From: Methyloceanibacter sp.
GTDB lineage: Bacteria > Pseudomonadota > Alphaproteobacteria > Rhizobiales > Methyloligellaceae
DNA: 54,909 bases
Direction: 5' to 3'
NCBI GenBank assembly: GCA_036280475.1
Contig: DASUQP010000106.1
Location: forward strand, 1 to 54,909
This document shows positions 37,600 through 48,676 of the stretch, one piece after another. Both the position numbers and the translations under genes were made by a program. Position 1 is the stretch's first letter. Every line of letters begins with the position of its first letter. The notes below the pieces were generated by a model that saw nothing but the letters and a program-made list of their open reading frames with translations, did no database searches and had not been told where the DNA came from.

Positions 37600-38535
37600 C
37601 TAAGCGGCTTGGCTCTGCCGCACATCGAGGCCGAAGTGAGCACGATAGCGCTCAAAGCAACGGGCGCCGTGCCACAATCGGATAACCGCACCTTCGCCGA
37701 TCGCCGCGGCGCAACGAGGGTCCTCGGCAACGAGCGAACGCAGCACCTCTCGGTTCCAGCACTCGGAGTGCTTGATGTCCAAGACGGCATGCAAGGTGAA
37801 ATAGAGGCGTTTCTTCGTCGGCACACGCAGTCGCTTCAGCCCGGCATCGACAAAGCCGGCCCGCGTTGGCGCCGTCATCTCGATCGCGCCGAGCGCGCCG
37901 ATCGATTGAAAACAGTATCGCCGGCTACGGGCCATCGCCAACATGGCGTTGCCCAATGCCAAGGATTCGGGCACCACTCTTTCGGGCCGCGCATCGATAT
38001 CGAGATAGCTGGCGAGCCTTTCGAGGAGCGGACCGTGCATGGCTGTGTCCCGGCCGCGGCCCATCTCGTCCCAATAGTTGCGCGCCATCTCCAGCTTGGC
38101 GGTGACGGGCATCTTCACCTGCGTGAGCGCCAGCAGGTCGTCGAATCCCGCCTCGCCGGCAACTTCCTGCGTCAAAAACCAGAGCATTTCATCGCGGGTC
38201 GCGGCTTCGGCCAGCCAGGGAAATAGGGGATCGCCCTGCCCCGGACCCGTCTCCTTGAGGTCCTCGAACCAGTCGATGAAATCATCGACATCGCTTGGGA
38301 CGTCGGCCAATAGGGGGCTGATCTCGTCACGTACCGCTTCGATATATTCGCCCTCGGCACGCAGGACCTCAGCGTATGTCTTCAGCTCGTCACGCCACGC
38401 CTGGTGAGGGAAACGGGGTCCCAGCTGCTGCCCGTTATATTTGCTGAGTTCGGTCTGGAACCGTTCGAAGCCGGGGCCGGACAACTCGCCGGCGTCTTTC
38501 GTCGAAAAGTAATACGTCACGGAACTAGCTCTCAC
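37600..38535 (-). CDS. Heme-oxygenase-like diiron (iron-containing redox) enzyme
   Basis: NYWDEMG..H, IE and YFTLHAVLDIKH give the E/H/E/H/D/H ligand pattern; GTGA overlap with the upstream gene. Confidence 0.88.
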   Translation of the reverse strand: MRASSVTYYFSTKDAGELSGPGFERFQTELSKYNGQQLGPRFPHQAWRDELKTYAEVLRAEGEYIEAVRDEISPLLADVPSDVDDFIDWFEDLKETGPGQGDPLFPWLAEAATRDEMLWFLTQEVAGEAGFDDLLALTQVKMPVTAKLEMARNYWDEMGRGRDTAMHGPLLERLASYLDIDARPERVVPESLALGNAMLAMARSRRYCFQSIGALGAIEMTAPTRAGFVDAGLKRLRVPTKKRLYFTLHAVLDIKHSECWNREVLRSLVAEDPRCAAAIGEGAVIRLWHGARCFERYRAHFGLDVRQSQAA

Positions 38536-39461
38536 TTTCTTGCTACGAGGCTCACAACAGCGATGCGATCGACGCCGGCATAGGAGGGCTTTTCGAGCTC
38601 CTCGCCAAAGACGTCGGGATCGACTTCCTCATAACGAAACTGAGAGCAATAGAGTTTCAGGAACGGCTCGACAGAATCGAAAAAAGGGTCACCTCCGGCG
38701 ATAATCGGGGTTCCGGTGTAGAGAATAAGACGACCGCCCGCAGCTAACCGGGCCAAGCCTTCCGCTGCTATTCGCGCGGCGACCGCGACCCCCAAATCCC
38801 CGCCGCCATGCCGATAGAGGCGCCGTTCTTCATCCACCAGATAAGGAGGGTTGGCGATGATGAGGTCGGCTTCGCCTTCAAGTCCGTCCAGAATGTCGCT
38901 GTGCAACACGCGCGCATGAGCAACGTCGTTGATGGCAGCGTTGACGGCGCTGAAGACCAATGCCTTGCGGTTGATGTCGGCAAGAAGGATTTCAGCCTCG
39001 CCCGGCAGGCAGCGCGCCGCATAGAGCCCTCCAGCTCCACTGCCGCTTCCGACATCGACGAGCCTCAGGCGTCTGTCCGAGGCCACATCGGCAACCGAGT
39101 CTCGGACGAGTCTCACAAACCGATAGGTGTCAGGCCCGAAAAACACGGCGTCGGGCTCGATCGTGGGGAAGGCCGAGTGGGCGAAGACCATGTCGCCGAT
39201 CGTGGCAAACCTCACCCGCGATCGATAGCGACCGTTGTCAGGTGCCAAGGCGTCGGCCTCCGACAAGAGCTCGAACATGGCTGTTGCGATTTCATCGCGC
39301 TGAAACGGGCGGTTCCACCCGAATATTGACCGTAACGTCGTTGACGCTTCAGGCCGATTGAGGACGAGGCCGTGTGTGGCCGGCGTTACCGCTACAAATC
39401 GGTATCCCTCTTCTTTCAGCGAACGGCCCAACGCGACGAGGGCGAGACACTTGGCGTCCAT
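38532..39461 (-). CDS. Class I SAM methyltransferase, HemK-like NPPY type
   Basis: VFFGPDTYRF, DVGSGSGAGG, IIANPPY. Confidence 0.9.
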   Translation of the reverse strand: MDAKCLALVALGRSLKEEGYRFVAVTPATHGLVLNRPEASTTLRSIFGWNRPFQRDEIATAMFELLSEADALAPDNGRYRSRVRFATIGDMVFAHSAFPTIEPDAVFFGPDTYRFVRLVRDSVADVASDRRLRLVDVGSGSGAGGLYAARCLPGEAEILLADINRKALVFSAVNAAINDVAHARVLHSDILDGLEGEADLIIANPPYLVDEERRLYRHGGGDLGVAVAARIAAEGLARLAAGGRLILYTGTPIIAGGDPFFDSVEPFLKLYCSQFRYEEVDPDVFGEELEKPSYAGVDRIAVVSLVARK

Positions 39462-39503
39462 ACCCGGATGGCCTGTAGACGATGCACCGATGGCCGAGTG
39501 CAG

Positions 39504-41390
39504 CTAGTATCGCGAGGCCGTACGCCAGGCCGCGGTCTCGCCCGCCGGAACGGCAAAGAGATTTCTCAGTGCTTCGACATCCACCGGCTTCTGCAAAACC
39601 GGGGTTGTCCGGTACCGGGGATTGAGGCTCTCCAAGCCGTAACCGCTCACGAAAACGAAGGGTATGCCCCGAGCGGCGAGGTCGTCGGCCAAAGGATAGA
39701 CCAACTCCTCTCCGAGCCTGATGTCGAGAATGGCGGCAGCGATGGGCTGTCGCGCCGCCGCCGACATCGCATCGCCCAAATTGGTACAAGGGCCAACGAC
39801 TTTGAACCCCAGAGTCGTGAGGGCCTCGGCCATCATCATTGCGACGATGGACTCATCTTCCACGAGCATCACCGCGCTGCCCTTGTCGATTTCGAGGGAC
39901 GATTTCGCCGGCATGTTCGATAGCTTCTGACCGCCGCCCCGGTTCCGGTGTTCGGCCATCTCGCCGAGCGGCAACAACAACTGACAGAGCAGGCCGTCGC
40001 GTCGCCAGTTAAAGTCAGCCCGGCCGCCAAGCTGTTCGAGACTCGCCTTGATGACACGCGTGCCATAGCCCTTCAACTTGGGCGGCACCACTTCAGGACC
40101 GCCCTGCTCCAACCACTCAATCGTCAAGCCGTTCGCGCCAATCCCCCACGACACACTCAACTTGCCGGCGGCATTGCTGAGAGCGCCGTATTTGGCCGCA
40201 TTCGTCGCGAGCTCATGCACCCCCAACGCGACCGTTTGCGCACGTTTGGCATCGAGGAGCACGGCGGGACCGTCGTCATTGATGGTCACGCGATCGCCCG
40301 CGCGATAGGGGTCCAACTCCTCGACCAGCATACGCTTGAGATCCGCGCCCTCCCATCGGCTCTCCGACAAGAGCATGTGCGCGCGGGAGAGGGCTCTGAT
40401 CCGGCCCTCGACGACCGCGGCGTAGGCTTCGGCGGACTCTGCCTTGGTCAGGCGCAGCATCGACTGAACGATGGCCAGCACGTTCCGCGCCCTGTGATCC
40501 ACTTCCTTGGCCAGAAACGCCTGACGCTCCTCCGCCTCCTTGCGATCCGTGATGTCGATGGTGACGCCGCTGACCCGCACCAGACGACCCGCCTCGTCGG
40601 CGCTCGGCGCGGCGGTTCCAAAACACCATCGCCGCTCACCGTCCGGCCGCCGGACGCGGAACTCCGTCTGATAGGCTTTGGCGCCGTCGGAAAAGTCGGA
40701 GATCATTTCCTGCAGGCGTTCCGCATCCTGCGGCTCGACGAGCGACATCACCCTTTCAAGGGTCGGCTTGAATGTCTGCGGATCGACGCCAAAAATGCGG
40801 CATTGACCCTCATCCCACATCCAGTCTCCGTTGATGAGGTCCCAATCCCAGGAGCCCATGGCACCGGCCGCAAGCGCAAGATTTCGTCGCTGCTCGCTCT
40901 CGGCCAGCTTGTGCACGTATGATTCAAGTTCCGCCGTTCGCTCGGAGACGCGGATCTCCAGTTCCCGGTTCAAAGCCTCCAATTGCCGCGTTTTGCGATA
41001 GAGCTCGGCGAAGATCTTGACTTTGGCGCGCAAGACCGCCGGCACCACCGGCACCGGGACATAGTCGACTGCGCCCATCTCGTAGCCGCGCAGGCGATCG
41101 ACGTCGGATATATTTATGGCCGAGATGAAAATAATTGCCGTCTTCTGATAGCGGGGGTGGTCGCGGATCATGGCCGCAAGTTCGAATCCATCGAGGTCGG
41201 GCATGCAGACATCGACGAGAACAACGGCAATCTCGTTCTGAAGCAGCTGACTGAGTGCTTCAGTCCCGGACGATGCCTTCAGGAGATTTTCGCCGAGATC
41301 CTGGAGGATGACCTCATAGCTGAGCAGCTTTGATGGCTGGTCGTCGACCAGGAGAATGTTGAGTTTCTCCACCGCCGTCATTGCTTGCAC
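39504..41390 (-). CDS. REC-PAS-HWE histidine kinase-REC hybrid
   Basis: NILLVDD, MGSWDWD (PAS), EVDHRARN, HELATNAAKYGAL, WLE; C-terminal REC with PFVFVSGY. Confidence 0.92.
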   Translation of the reverse strand: MQAMTAVEKLNILLVDDQPSKLLSYEVILQDLGENLLKASSGTEALSQLLQNEIAVVLVDVCMPDLDGFELAAMIRDHPRYQKTAIIFISAINISDVDRLRGYEMGAVDYVPVPVVPAVLRAKVKIFAELYRKTRQLEALNRELEIRVSERTAELESYVHKLAESEQRRNLALAAGAMGSWDWDLINGDWMWDEGQCRIFGVDPQTFKPTLERVMSLVEPQDAERLQEMISDFSDGAKAYQTEFRVRRPDGERRWCFGTAAPSADEAGRLVRVSGVTIDITDRKEAEERQAFLAKEVDHRARNVLAIVQSMLRLTKAESAEAYAAVVEGRIRALSRAHMLLSESRWEGADLKRMLVEELDPYRAGDRVTINDDGPAVLLDAKRAQTVALGVHELATNAAKYGALSNAAGKLSVSWGIGANGLTIEWLEQGGPEVVPPKLKGYGTRVIKASLEQLGGRADFNWRRDGLLCQLLLPLGEMAEHRNRGGGQKLSNMPAKSSLEIDKGSAVMLVEDESIVAMMMAEALTTLGFKVVGPCTNLGDAMSAAARQPIAAAILDIRLGEELVYPLADDLAARGIPFVFVSGYGLESLNPRYRTTPVLQKPVDVEALRNLFAVPAGETAAWRTASRY

Positions 41391-41395
41391 GTCCC

Positions 41396-44300
41396 TTATC
41401 GATGCAGCCAGCTCCGCATGGCGGAGAGCAGTTGCTCCGTGTTCACCGGCTTGGCGATGTATTCCGAGGCCCCGGCCTCAAGCGATTTCTCGCGGTCGCC
41501 CTTCATCGCCTTCGCGGTCAGCGCGATGATCGGCAAGCGGCGAAAGGCGGGATCCTCCCGGATCGCCGCAATTGTTTCATAACCATCCATTTCCGGCATC
41601 ATGATGTCCATGAGCACGATCGCAAGGTCAGGCGTGGATTTGACCAGTTGTATCGCCTCACGGCCATTGACCGCGGTGAGGACCCGCATGCCGCGCCGCT
41701 CAAGCATGCTGCTGAGAGCGAAGATGTTGCGTGCGTCGTCATCGATAAGCAGCGCGGTCTTGCCCTTCAGATGTTCGTCCGAGCGATGCAGCCGCTCGAT
41801 CATCTGCTGCTTGTCCGGCGGCAATTTCGTCACCAATCGATGCAGGAAAAGGGCAGTCTCGTCCAAGAGGCGCTCGGGCGACTCGACGCCCTTGACGACA
41901 ATGCTGCGCGCCATCGTGTGCAGTTGGGCGTCCTCCTCGGCGGACAATTCTCGTCCGGTAAAGACGATGACCGGGATATCCGAGAGAGAGTCGTCCGCGC
42001 GCAATTCCTTCAGCAGGTCGAAGCCGGACATGTCGGGCAGACGGAGATCGAGCACGACGCAATCGAAGCGCTCCTCGTTAAGGAGATCGAGAGCTTCGGC
42101 GCCGGTCCCGGTCGTGACCACTTCGATGTCGTCGTGTCCAAGAAGCTCGGCGATGCTCATCTGCTCGGCTTCATTGTCCTCAATCACCAGGAGGCGTTTC
42201 TTGTGGGGTTCGGCGAAATCCTTGATGCGGGAGAGAGCGCTTTCGAGACTCTCCGTCGAGGCCGGCTTGGTAAGGAAAGAGTAGGCGCCGCGGGTCAGTC
42301 CGTGCTGGCGGTCCTCTTCCATGGTCAGGATCTGAACCGGGATGTGCCGCGTGATCGGGTTCTGCTTCAGCTGGCTGAGAACGGTCCAGCCGAGCATGTC
42401 GGGGAGAAAGACGTCGAGCGAGATCGCGGTCGGCCTGAATTCCAGCGCAAGCTCGAGTGCCTCCCTGCCCCGCATGGCAATGACAACCTTGAATCCGTTC
42501 TCGCGCGCGAGATCGCTGAGCACGCGCGCATAGTGAGGATCGTCCTCGATGATCAGCAGGACGGCGTCGCCCGGCTCAATGTCATCCCTGTCGTCGGGAA
42601 TGCGTTCGACCGAGTGCTCGTAGACGACCGTCGGCATGAGGGGCCGAGCCATCTGCGGTCCGCCGACACCGGCCGGCGCCGGCCGCGCCGGCACCACCGG
42701 TCCGGCGTAGACCATGGGCAGGTAAAGCGTGAAGGTGCTGCCCATGCCGGGCGTGCTCTTGGAGCCGATCTCGCCGCCGAGCAGGTTGGAAAGCTCGCGG
42801 CTGATTGCGAGACCAAGACCCGTGCCGCCGTATTTTCGGCTCGTGCTCGCATCGGCCTGCTGGAACGCTTCGAAGATGATCTTTTGCTTATCGAGCGGGA
42901 TTCCAATACCGGAGTCGGAGACTTCGAACGCGACAACGCTGGACACCTGACTGAGGATCGGGTGGTCGGCGCTCCATCCCTCGGTGACCGGATATACCTT
43001 CAGCCAGACGCCGCCCTGTTCGGTGAACTTGACCGCATTCGACAGCAGGTTCTTGAGCACCTGCTGCAGGCGTTTGGAGTCGGTCGTGATGCTGTGCCCG
43101 AGATTGGGATCAAGCTCGACATTGAAGGAAAGATCGCGGGCTTCCGCCTCGTGGCGGAACGGGCGTGCGACCGCCTCGACCAGGCTGCTGAAGGAAATCT
43201 GCTGGGCGTCGACGCTGACGGTTCCCGATTCGATCTTCGACAGATCGAGAATGTCGCTGATCAGATTCAGCAAGTCTGTGCCGGCGGCATAAATGGTGCG
43301 GGCGAACTCGACTTGCCTCGGCGCGAGGTTCCCTTCCGGGTTCTCACTCAGTTGCTGACCGAGAATGAGGATGCTGTTGAGCGGTGTCCTGAGCTCATGC
43401 GACATGTTCGCCAGGAATTCCGACTTGTACTTGGACGTGAGCGCGAGTTCGCCCGCTTTTTCCTCGAGCGCGCGCCGTGCCTGCTCAATCTCCTGGTTCT
43501 TGCGCTCAACCTCCACATTGCGCTCGGCGAGCTGTTGCGCTTTTTGCCCAAGTTGATCGTTGGTCTGTTGCAGCTCACGCTGCTGGGTTTGCAGTTCGGT
43601 CGCCAGCTGTTGCGACTGTTTGAGCAAAGATTCCGTCTGCATCGTGGCTTCAATGCTGTTCAGCACGATGCCGATGCCGCCGGTCAATTGCTCGAGGAAG
43701 GTGACTTCGAGGTCGGTGAACTCCTCCACGGATGCCAATTCGATCACGGCCTTGACCTGGTTCTCGAACAGGATCGGCAAGACGATCACGTTTCTCGGCG
43801 CCGCCTTGAACAGCGCCGAGCCGATAGTGACGGCGTTGTCAGACATCTGCGAAATGAGGATGCTGCGCGCATCGGCGGCGCACTGCCCGATCAGGCCTTT
43901 GCCAAACCGGAGCAGGGGCGGATGACCATTGACGTCGTCGTCAGCATAGGACGAGAGCAGTTTCAGGCTCGGCTCATCGCCGCTGCCGTCGACTTGGTAG
44001 ATCACGCCAAGCTGCGCATTGACCAGCGGCGCCAACTCGGAAAGCAGGAGGCGTCCCACCGTCGCGAGGTCTCTCTGGCCCTGCAGCATGTTGGTGAACT
44101 TGGCGAGATTGGTCTTGAGCCAGTCCTGCTCCGTGTTGCGGTCCGTCGTCAGCCGCAGATTGACGATCATCGTATTGATGTTGTCCTTGAGCTCGGCCAC
44201 CTCGCCGCGCGCATCGACCTGAATGGATCGGGTCAGATTGCCTTGCGTCACGGCGGTCGCCACTTCGGCGATGGCGCGGACCTGATTGGTCAGATTGGCG

Positions 44301-47300
44301 GCAAGAAGATTGACGTTTCCGGTCAAGTCTTTCCACGTTCCGGCCGTGCCGGGCACGTTGGCCTGCCCGCCAAGACGCCCCTCGACGCCGACCTCACGCG
44401 CGACGGTGGTCACTTGGTCGGCGAAAATCGCAAGCGTATCCATCATATTGTTGATGGTTTCGGCGAGCGCCGCCACCTCGCCTTTCGATTTGACGGTCAG
44501 CTTCTGCTTCAAATCGCCGTTGGCGACGGCCGTCACCACCTTGACGATGCCGCGCACCTGCTCGGTGAGATTGGCGGCCATCACGTTCACGGTGTCGGTC
44601 AGGTCTTTCCACGTTCCGGCGACGCCGGGCACCTGAGCCTGCCCGCCGAGCTTGCCTTCGGTGCCGACCTCGCGCGCGACGCGGGTCACTTCCGAAGCAA
44701 ACGCGTTGAGCTGGTCCACCATCGTATTGATGGTGTCCTTTAGCTCGAGAATCTCGCCTTTCACGTCCACGGTGATCTTGCGGGAAAGGTCGCCGCGCGC
44801 CACGGCCGTCGTCACCTCGGCGATGTTTCGCACTTGCGTGGTCAGGTTGGCCGCAAGGAGGTTGACGTTGTCGGTCAGGTCCTTCCAGGTCCCGGCCACG
44901 CCGGGCACGTTGGCCTGTCCGCCAAGCCGCCCTTCGGTGCCGACCTCGCGCGCCACGCGCGTCACCTCGCCGGCAAACGAGCGCAGCTGATCCACCATCG
45001 TGTTCAGAGTCTCTTTCAGCAGAAGGATTTCGCCACGCACGTCCACGGTGATCTTCTTGGAAAGATCGCCGCTTGCGATCGCGGTCGCCACCTCGGCGAT
45101 GTTACGCACCTGCGCCGTGAGGTTGCCCGCCATGAAATTCACGTTGTCGGTCAAGTCCGCCCAAGTGCCGGCAACCTCGGGCACCTGCGCCTGCCCGCCG
45201 AGTTTGCCTTCCGTGCCGACTTCGCGCGCGACGCGCGTCACCTCGGAAGCAAACGCATTGAGCTGATCCACCATCGTGTTTATGGTGTTCTTGAGCTCAA
45301 GAATCTCGCCCTTCACGTCCACCGTGATCTTGCGCGAGAGGTCGCCGCGCGCGACCGCCGTCGTCACCTCGGCGATATTGCGAACTTGCGAGGTCAAATT
45401 GCCCGCCATCGAGTTCACGCTGTCGGTCAGGTCCTCCCACGTGCCGGCCACGCCCGGCACATTCGCCTGGCCGCCAAGCCGGCCTTCCGTGCCCACCTCG
45501 CGCGCCACGCGCGTCACCTCGGCGGCAAACGCATTCAGCTGGTCGACCATCGTATTGATGGTCTCTTTCAGCTGGAGAATCTCGCCGCGCACGTCCACCG
45601 TGATCTTGCGCGAGAGGTCGCCGTTGGCAATCGCGGTCGCCACCTCGGCGATATTGCGCACCTGGCCGGTGAGGTTGCCGGCCATTGAGTTCACGCTGTC
45701 GGTGAGATCTTTCCACGTGCCGGCGACGCCCGGCACTTCGGCCTGGCCGCCGAGCTTGCCGTCGGTTCCCACCTCGCGTGCCACGCGCGTCACCTCGGCC
45801 GCGAACGCATTCAGCTGATCGACCATCGTATTGATGGTCTCTTTCAGCTGTAGAATCTCGCCGCTCACGTCGACGGTGATCTTCTTGGAGAGATCGCCTT
45901 CGGCCACGGCGGTCGCCACCTCGGCGATATTGCGCACCTGTGCCGTGAGGTTGCTGGCCATGGAGTTCACGCTGTCGGTCAGATCCTTCCACGTTCCGGC
46001 AACGCCCCGCACCATGGCCTGACCGCCGAGCTTGCCTTCGGTGCCGACCTCGCGCGCCACGCGCGTGACCTCGCCGGCGAAGGCATTGAGCTGATCCACC
46101 ATCGTGTTGATGGTGTCCTTGAGCTCGAGAAGCTCGCCGCGCACGTCCACCGTGATCTGCTTTGAGAGGTCGCCGCTTGCGATGGCCGTCGCCACCTCGG
46201 CGATGTTGCGCACCTGGGCCGTGAGGTTGCTGGCCATGGAGTTCACGCTGTCGGTCAAATCCTTCCAGGTGCCGGCGACGCCGAGCACATTCGCCTGGCC
46301 GCCGAGCCGCCCTTCCGTGCCGACCTCGCGCGCCACGCGCGTGACCTCGCCGGCGAAGGCATTGAGCTGATCGACCATCGTGTTGATGGTCTCCTTCAGC
46401 TGCAAAATCTCGCCGCTGACGTTCACGGTGATCTTCTTGGAGAGGTCGCCGCCGGCGATGGCGGTCGCGACTTCGGCAATGTTGCGGACCTGCGCCGTGA
46501 GGTTGCTGGCCATGAAGTTGACGTTGTCCGTCAAATCTTTCCACGTGCCCGCGACACCCGGCACAGCCGCCTGGCCGCCGAGCTTGCCTTCGGTGCCGAC
46601 CTCGCGCGCCACGCGCGTCACTTCGGAGGCAAAGGCATTCAGCTGATCCACCATCGTGTTGATGGTGTTCTTGAGCTCGAGAATCTCGCCACGCACGTCG
46701 ACCGTGATCTTGCGGGAGAGGTCTCCGCGCGCGACCGCCGTCGTGACTTGGGCGATGCTGCGCACTTGCGCGGTCAGATTGCCGCACATGGCGTTGACCG
46801 AGTCGGTGAGGTCCTTCCAAGTCCCGGCCACGCCGGGCACGATGGCCTGACCGCCGAGCTTTCCGTCGGTGCCGACCTCGCGCGCCACGCGCGTCACCTC
46901 CGAGGCGAAGGACCGCAACTGATCGACCATGGTGTTGATGGCCTCTTTCAGCTGCAGAATCTCTCCGCGCACGTCCACGGTGATCTTCTTCGACAGATCG
47001 CCGTTGGCGACGGCGATCGTCACGTCGGCGATGTTGCGCACCTGAGCGGTCAGGTTGCTTGCCATCGAGTTCACGCGCTCGGTGAGGTCCTTCCACACGC
47101 CCGTGACCTCCGGCACGTCGGCCTGGCCGCCGAGCTTGCCTTCGGTGCCGACCTCGCGCGCCACGCGCGTCACCTCGGACGTAAACAGGCCGAGCTGCTT
47201 GATCATGGTGTTGACGATCGTGGCAGAGTGCAGGAATTCGCCCCGCAGCGGCCGGCCGTCGACATCGAGCCGCATGGTCTGGAGGAGATCGCCTTGGGCG

Positions 47301-47710
47301 ACGGCGGCGATGGCGCGGGTCACTTCGGTGGTCGGCCAAAGCAGATCGTCGATCAGCGTGTTGATCGACGTCTCCATCTCACCCCAGGCGCCGTGCGAGA
47401 CGCCGAGTTTCACGCGCTTGCGCGTTTCGCCTTCGCGGCCGACGACCTGACCCACGCGCTCGAGCTGATTGGCGAGGCGCTGATTGGCGCCGACGATTTC
47501 GTTGAACGCATCGGCGATCTTTCCTTCAATTCCGGACCGGTCGGAGGGCATGCGCACGGCGAAATCGCCGACGCGCATGGCCTGAAGGGCCTCCAGCAAC
47601 TCATGAAGGATCGCGCCGGACTTGCCGTTTAAAGGGGGCTCAGCCGCGAGCGGCGGGGCCGCCTTCTCGTCCGGGCCGTTGAGGTCAACTGACTCGCTGG
47701 TCGGCTGCAT
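41396..47710 (-). CDS. Poly-HAMP hybrid histidine kinase (HAMP repeats-GAF-HisKA-HATPase-3xREC)
   Basis: Eleven 92-aa repeats; [32 protein letters not shown]; three receiver domains; no TM helix. Confidence 0.95.
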   Translation of the reverse strand: MQPTSESVDLNGPDEKAAPPLAAEPPLNGKSGAILHELLEALQAMRVGDFAVRMPSDRSGIEGKIADAFNEIVGANQRLANQLERVGQVVGREGETRKRVKLGVSHGAWGEMETSINTLIDDLLWPTTEVTRAIAAVAQGDLLQTMRLDVDGRPLRGEFLHSATIVNTMIKQLGLFTSEVTRVAREVGTEGKLGGQADVPEVTGVWKDLTERVNSMASNLTAQVRNIADVTIAVANGDLSKKITVDVRGEILQLKEAINTMVDQLRSFASEVTRVAREVGTDGKLGGQAIVPGVAGTWKDLTDSVNAMCGNLTAQVRSIAQVTTAVARGDLSRKITVDVRGEILELKNTINTMVDQLNAFASEVTRVAREVGTEGKLGGQAAVPGVAGTWKDLTDNVNFMASNLTAQVRNIAEVATAIAGGDLSKKITVNVSGEILQLKETINTMVDQLNAFAGEVTRVAREVGTEGRLGGQANVLGVAGTWKDLTDSVNSMASNLTAQVRNIAEVATAIASGDLSKQITVDVRGELLELKDTINTMVDQLNAFAGEVTRVAREVGTEGKLGGQAMVRGVAGTWKDLTDSVNSMASNLTAQVRNIAEVATAVAEGDLSKKITVDVSGEILQLKETINTMVDQLNAFAAEVTRVAREVGTDGKLGGQAEVPGVAGTWKDLTDSVNSMAGNLTGQVRNIAEVATAIANGDLSRKITVDVRGEILQLKETINTMVDQLNAFAAEVTRVAREVGTEGRLGGQANVPGVAGTWEDLTDSVNSMAGNLTSQVRNIAEVTTAVARGDLSRKITVDVKGEILELKNTINTMVDQLNAFASEVTRVAREVGTEGKLGGQAQVPEVAGTWADLTDNVNFMAGNLTAQVRNIAEVATAIASGDLSKKITVDVRGEILLLKETLNTMVDQLRSFAGEVTRVAREVGTEGRLGGQANVPGVAGTWKDLTDNVNLLAANLTTQVRNIAEVTTAVARGDLSRKITVDVKGEILELKDTINTMVDQLNAFASEVTRVAREVGTEGKLGGQAQVPGVAGTWKDLTDTVNVMAANLTEQVRGIVKVVTAVANGDLKQKLTVKSKGEVAALAETINNMMDTLAIFADQVTTVAREVGVEGRLGGQANVPGTAGTWKDLTGNVNLLAANLTNQVRAIAEVATAVTQGNLTRSIQVDARGEVAELKDNINTMIVNLRLTTDRNTEQDWLKTNLAKFTNMLQGQRDLATVGRLLLSELAPLVNAQLGVIYQVDGSGDEPSLKLLSSYADDDVNGHPPLLRFGKGLIGQCAADARSILISQMSDNAVTIGSALFKAAPRNVIVLPILFENQVKAVIELASVEEFTDLEVTFLEQLTGGIGIVLNSIEATMQTESLLKQSQQLATELQTQQRELQQTNDQLGQKAQQLAERNVEVERKNQEIEQARRALEEKAGELALTSKYKSEFLANMSHELRTPLNSILILGQQLSENPEGNLAPRQVEFARTIYAAGTDLLNLISDILDLSKIESGTVSVDAQQISFSSLVEAVARPFRHEAEARDLSFNVELDPNLGHSITTDSKRLQQVLKNLLSNAVKFTEQGGVWLKVYPVTEGWSADHPILSQVSSVVAFEVSDSGIGIPLDKQKIIFEAFQQADASTSRKYGGTGLGLAISRELSNLLGGEIGSKSTPGMGSTFTLYLPMVYAGPVVPARPAPAGVGGPQMARPLMPTVVYEHSVERIPDDRDDIEPGDAVLLIIEDDPHYARVLSDLARENGFKVVIAMRGREALELALEFRPTAISLDVFLPDMLGWTVLSQLKQNPITRHIPVQILTMEEDRQHGLTRGAYSFLTKPASTESLESALSRIKDFAEPHKKRLLVIEDNEAEQMSIAELLGHDDIEVVTTGTGAEALDLLNEERFDCVVLDLRLPDMSGFDLLKELRADDSLSDIPVIVFTGRELSAEEDAQLHTMARSIVVKGVESPERLLDETALFLHRLVTKLPPDKQQMIERLHRSDEHLKGKTALLIDDDARNIFALSSMLERRGMRVLTAVNGREAIQLVKSTPDLAIVLMDIMMPEMDGYETIAAIREDPAFRRLPIIALTAKAMKGDREKSLEAGASEYIAKPVNTEQLLSAMRSWLHR
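44150..47185 (-). repeat. 11 x 276-bp in-frame tandem repeats (poly-HAMP)
   Basis: [22 protein letters not shown]...INTMVDQL counted 11 times in the translation. Confidence 0.95.
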
Positions 47711-47906
47711 GACGTCGCTCCCGCCGAAGCAGATTGAGATGGTTCAGGGATGCACAGAGGAAGGTGTTGAAGCCGCCGAACGTGTCGCAAGGCGCTGCTT
47801 CAACATTCAAAACTGGCACAATTGATGAAACCCGCGGGTGTTCGCGACCCTCCCACCCCAGCTTCATTATGTGAGCTCCCGTGAAACGCCCGTGGTCCAG
47901 ACGAGA

Positions 47907-47931
47907 AACGCCTTCTGGGCCAAATGGTTCC
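47907..47931 (-). promoter_or_regulatory. EcfG-type promoter of the kinase-enzyme operon
   Basis: GGAAC-N16-CGTT about 200 nt upstream of 47710. Confidence 0.75.
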
Positions 47932-48063
47932 TGCCGAATTTTATTGTTTAACTTAAGACCGAGGCCAATTGGGTCTAGGTCGGCAAGCACGATCTTGATG
48001 CCGCCGCCTGGGGGTTTCAATACAAATTTACCAACCGGTCGACGGCCGGCAGGCGGCAGGCCC

Positions 48064-48354
48064 CTAGCGCGATCGGGTGGGTCCAATGCCGGTGAGAAGC
48101 CACTCGACGGAGACCCGGCAGGCGAGGCAGAACGGCACGATCAAATTGTGCGGCATGAGCGAGGCGCCGCGGCCTTCATATTTGGTGTAGGTCTCCCGCG
48201 TGACCCCCAGCAATAGGGCCATCTCTTCCAGGGGATAGCGGGCCCTCATCCGTGCCTGCCTGACGCGCGCCGCAAACGCAGCGCGATATTCCTTCGGCGT
48301 TACGCGGCGCCGTTTTGGGGCTGTGATTGCAGCTCCGCTGCGGGTTCTAACCAT
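48064..48354 (-). CDS. XRE-family helix-turn-helix regulator
   Basis: RVRQAR...LEEMALLLGVTRETYTKYE...VSVEWLLTG. Confidence 0.82.
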   Translation of the reverse strand: MVRTRSGAAITAPKRRRVTPKEYRAAFAARVRQARMRARYPLEEMALLLGVTRETYTKYEGRGASLMPHNLIVPFCLACRVSVEWLLTGIGPTRSR

Positions 48355-48532
48355 TCCAAGTCGTCCATAAAGGCCAGCGAAGAAATACCAAGAGACGGCC
48401 GCTCTTGTCCTGCAAATAAGGGGTTAACGGCCGCGCGGCCGCAGCAATGCTCCGTCCCCCAGCACCTGCGCTCAAGCTAAGGCTGCGAGGGCCTAACGCG
48501 CGTCACGGACAAGCAACGACATGATTTCGTAG

Positions 48533-48557
48533 GGAACATCCCGCTATACGGGAAGTT
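48533..48557 (+). promoter_or_regulatory. EcfG-type promoter (near consensus)
   Basis: GGAAC-N16-AGTT. Confidence 0.65.
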
Positions 48558-48676
48558 GTCTCCGCACCTCGACATTCGAACAAGGTTGGCCGTCGACATA
48601 CGAGGACGCGGATTCGCGCTCCGGAGCCCGCGTGAAACCTGAATCCTGCCCCCTTCCCCTTGGCGCATGAAGAACG

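Noticed and set aside
41381-44743. 1120-aa plus-strand ORF
   Set aside because: Antisense shadow of the hybrid kinase, expected from GC-rich codon bias; no motifs or RBS
44019-47632. Series of similar short ORFs suggesting an array
   Set aside because: Alternative-frame reflections of the 276-bp HAMP repeats
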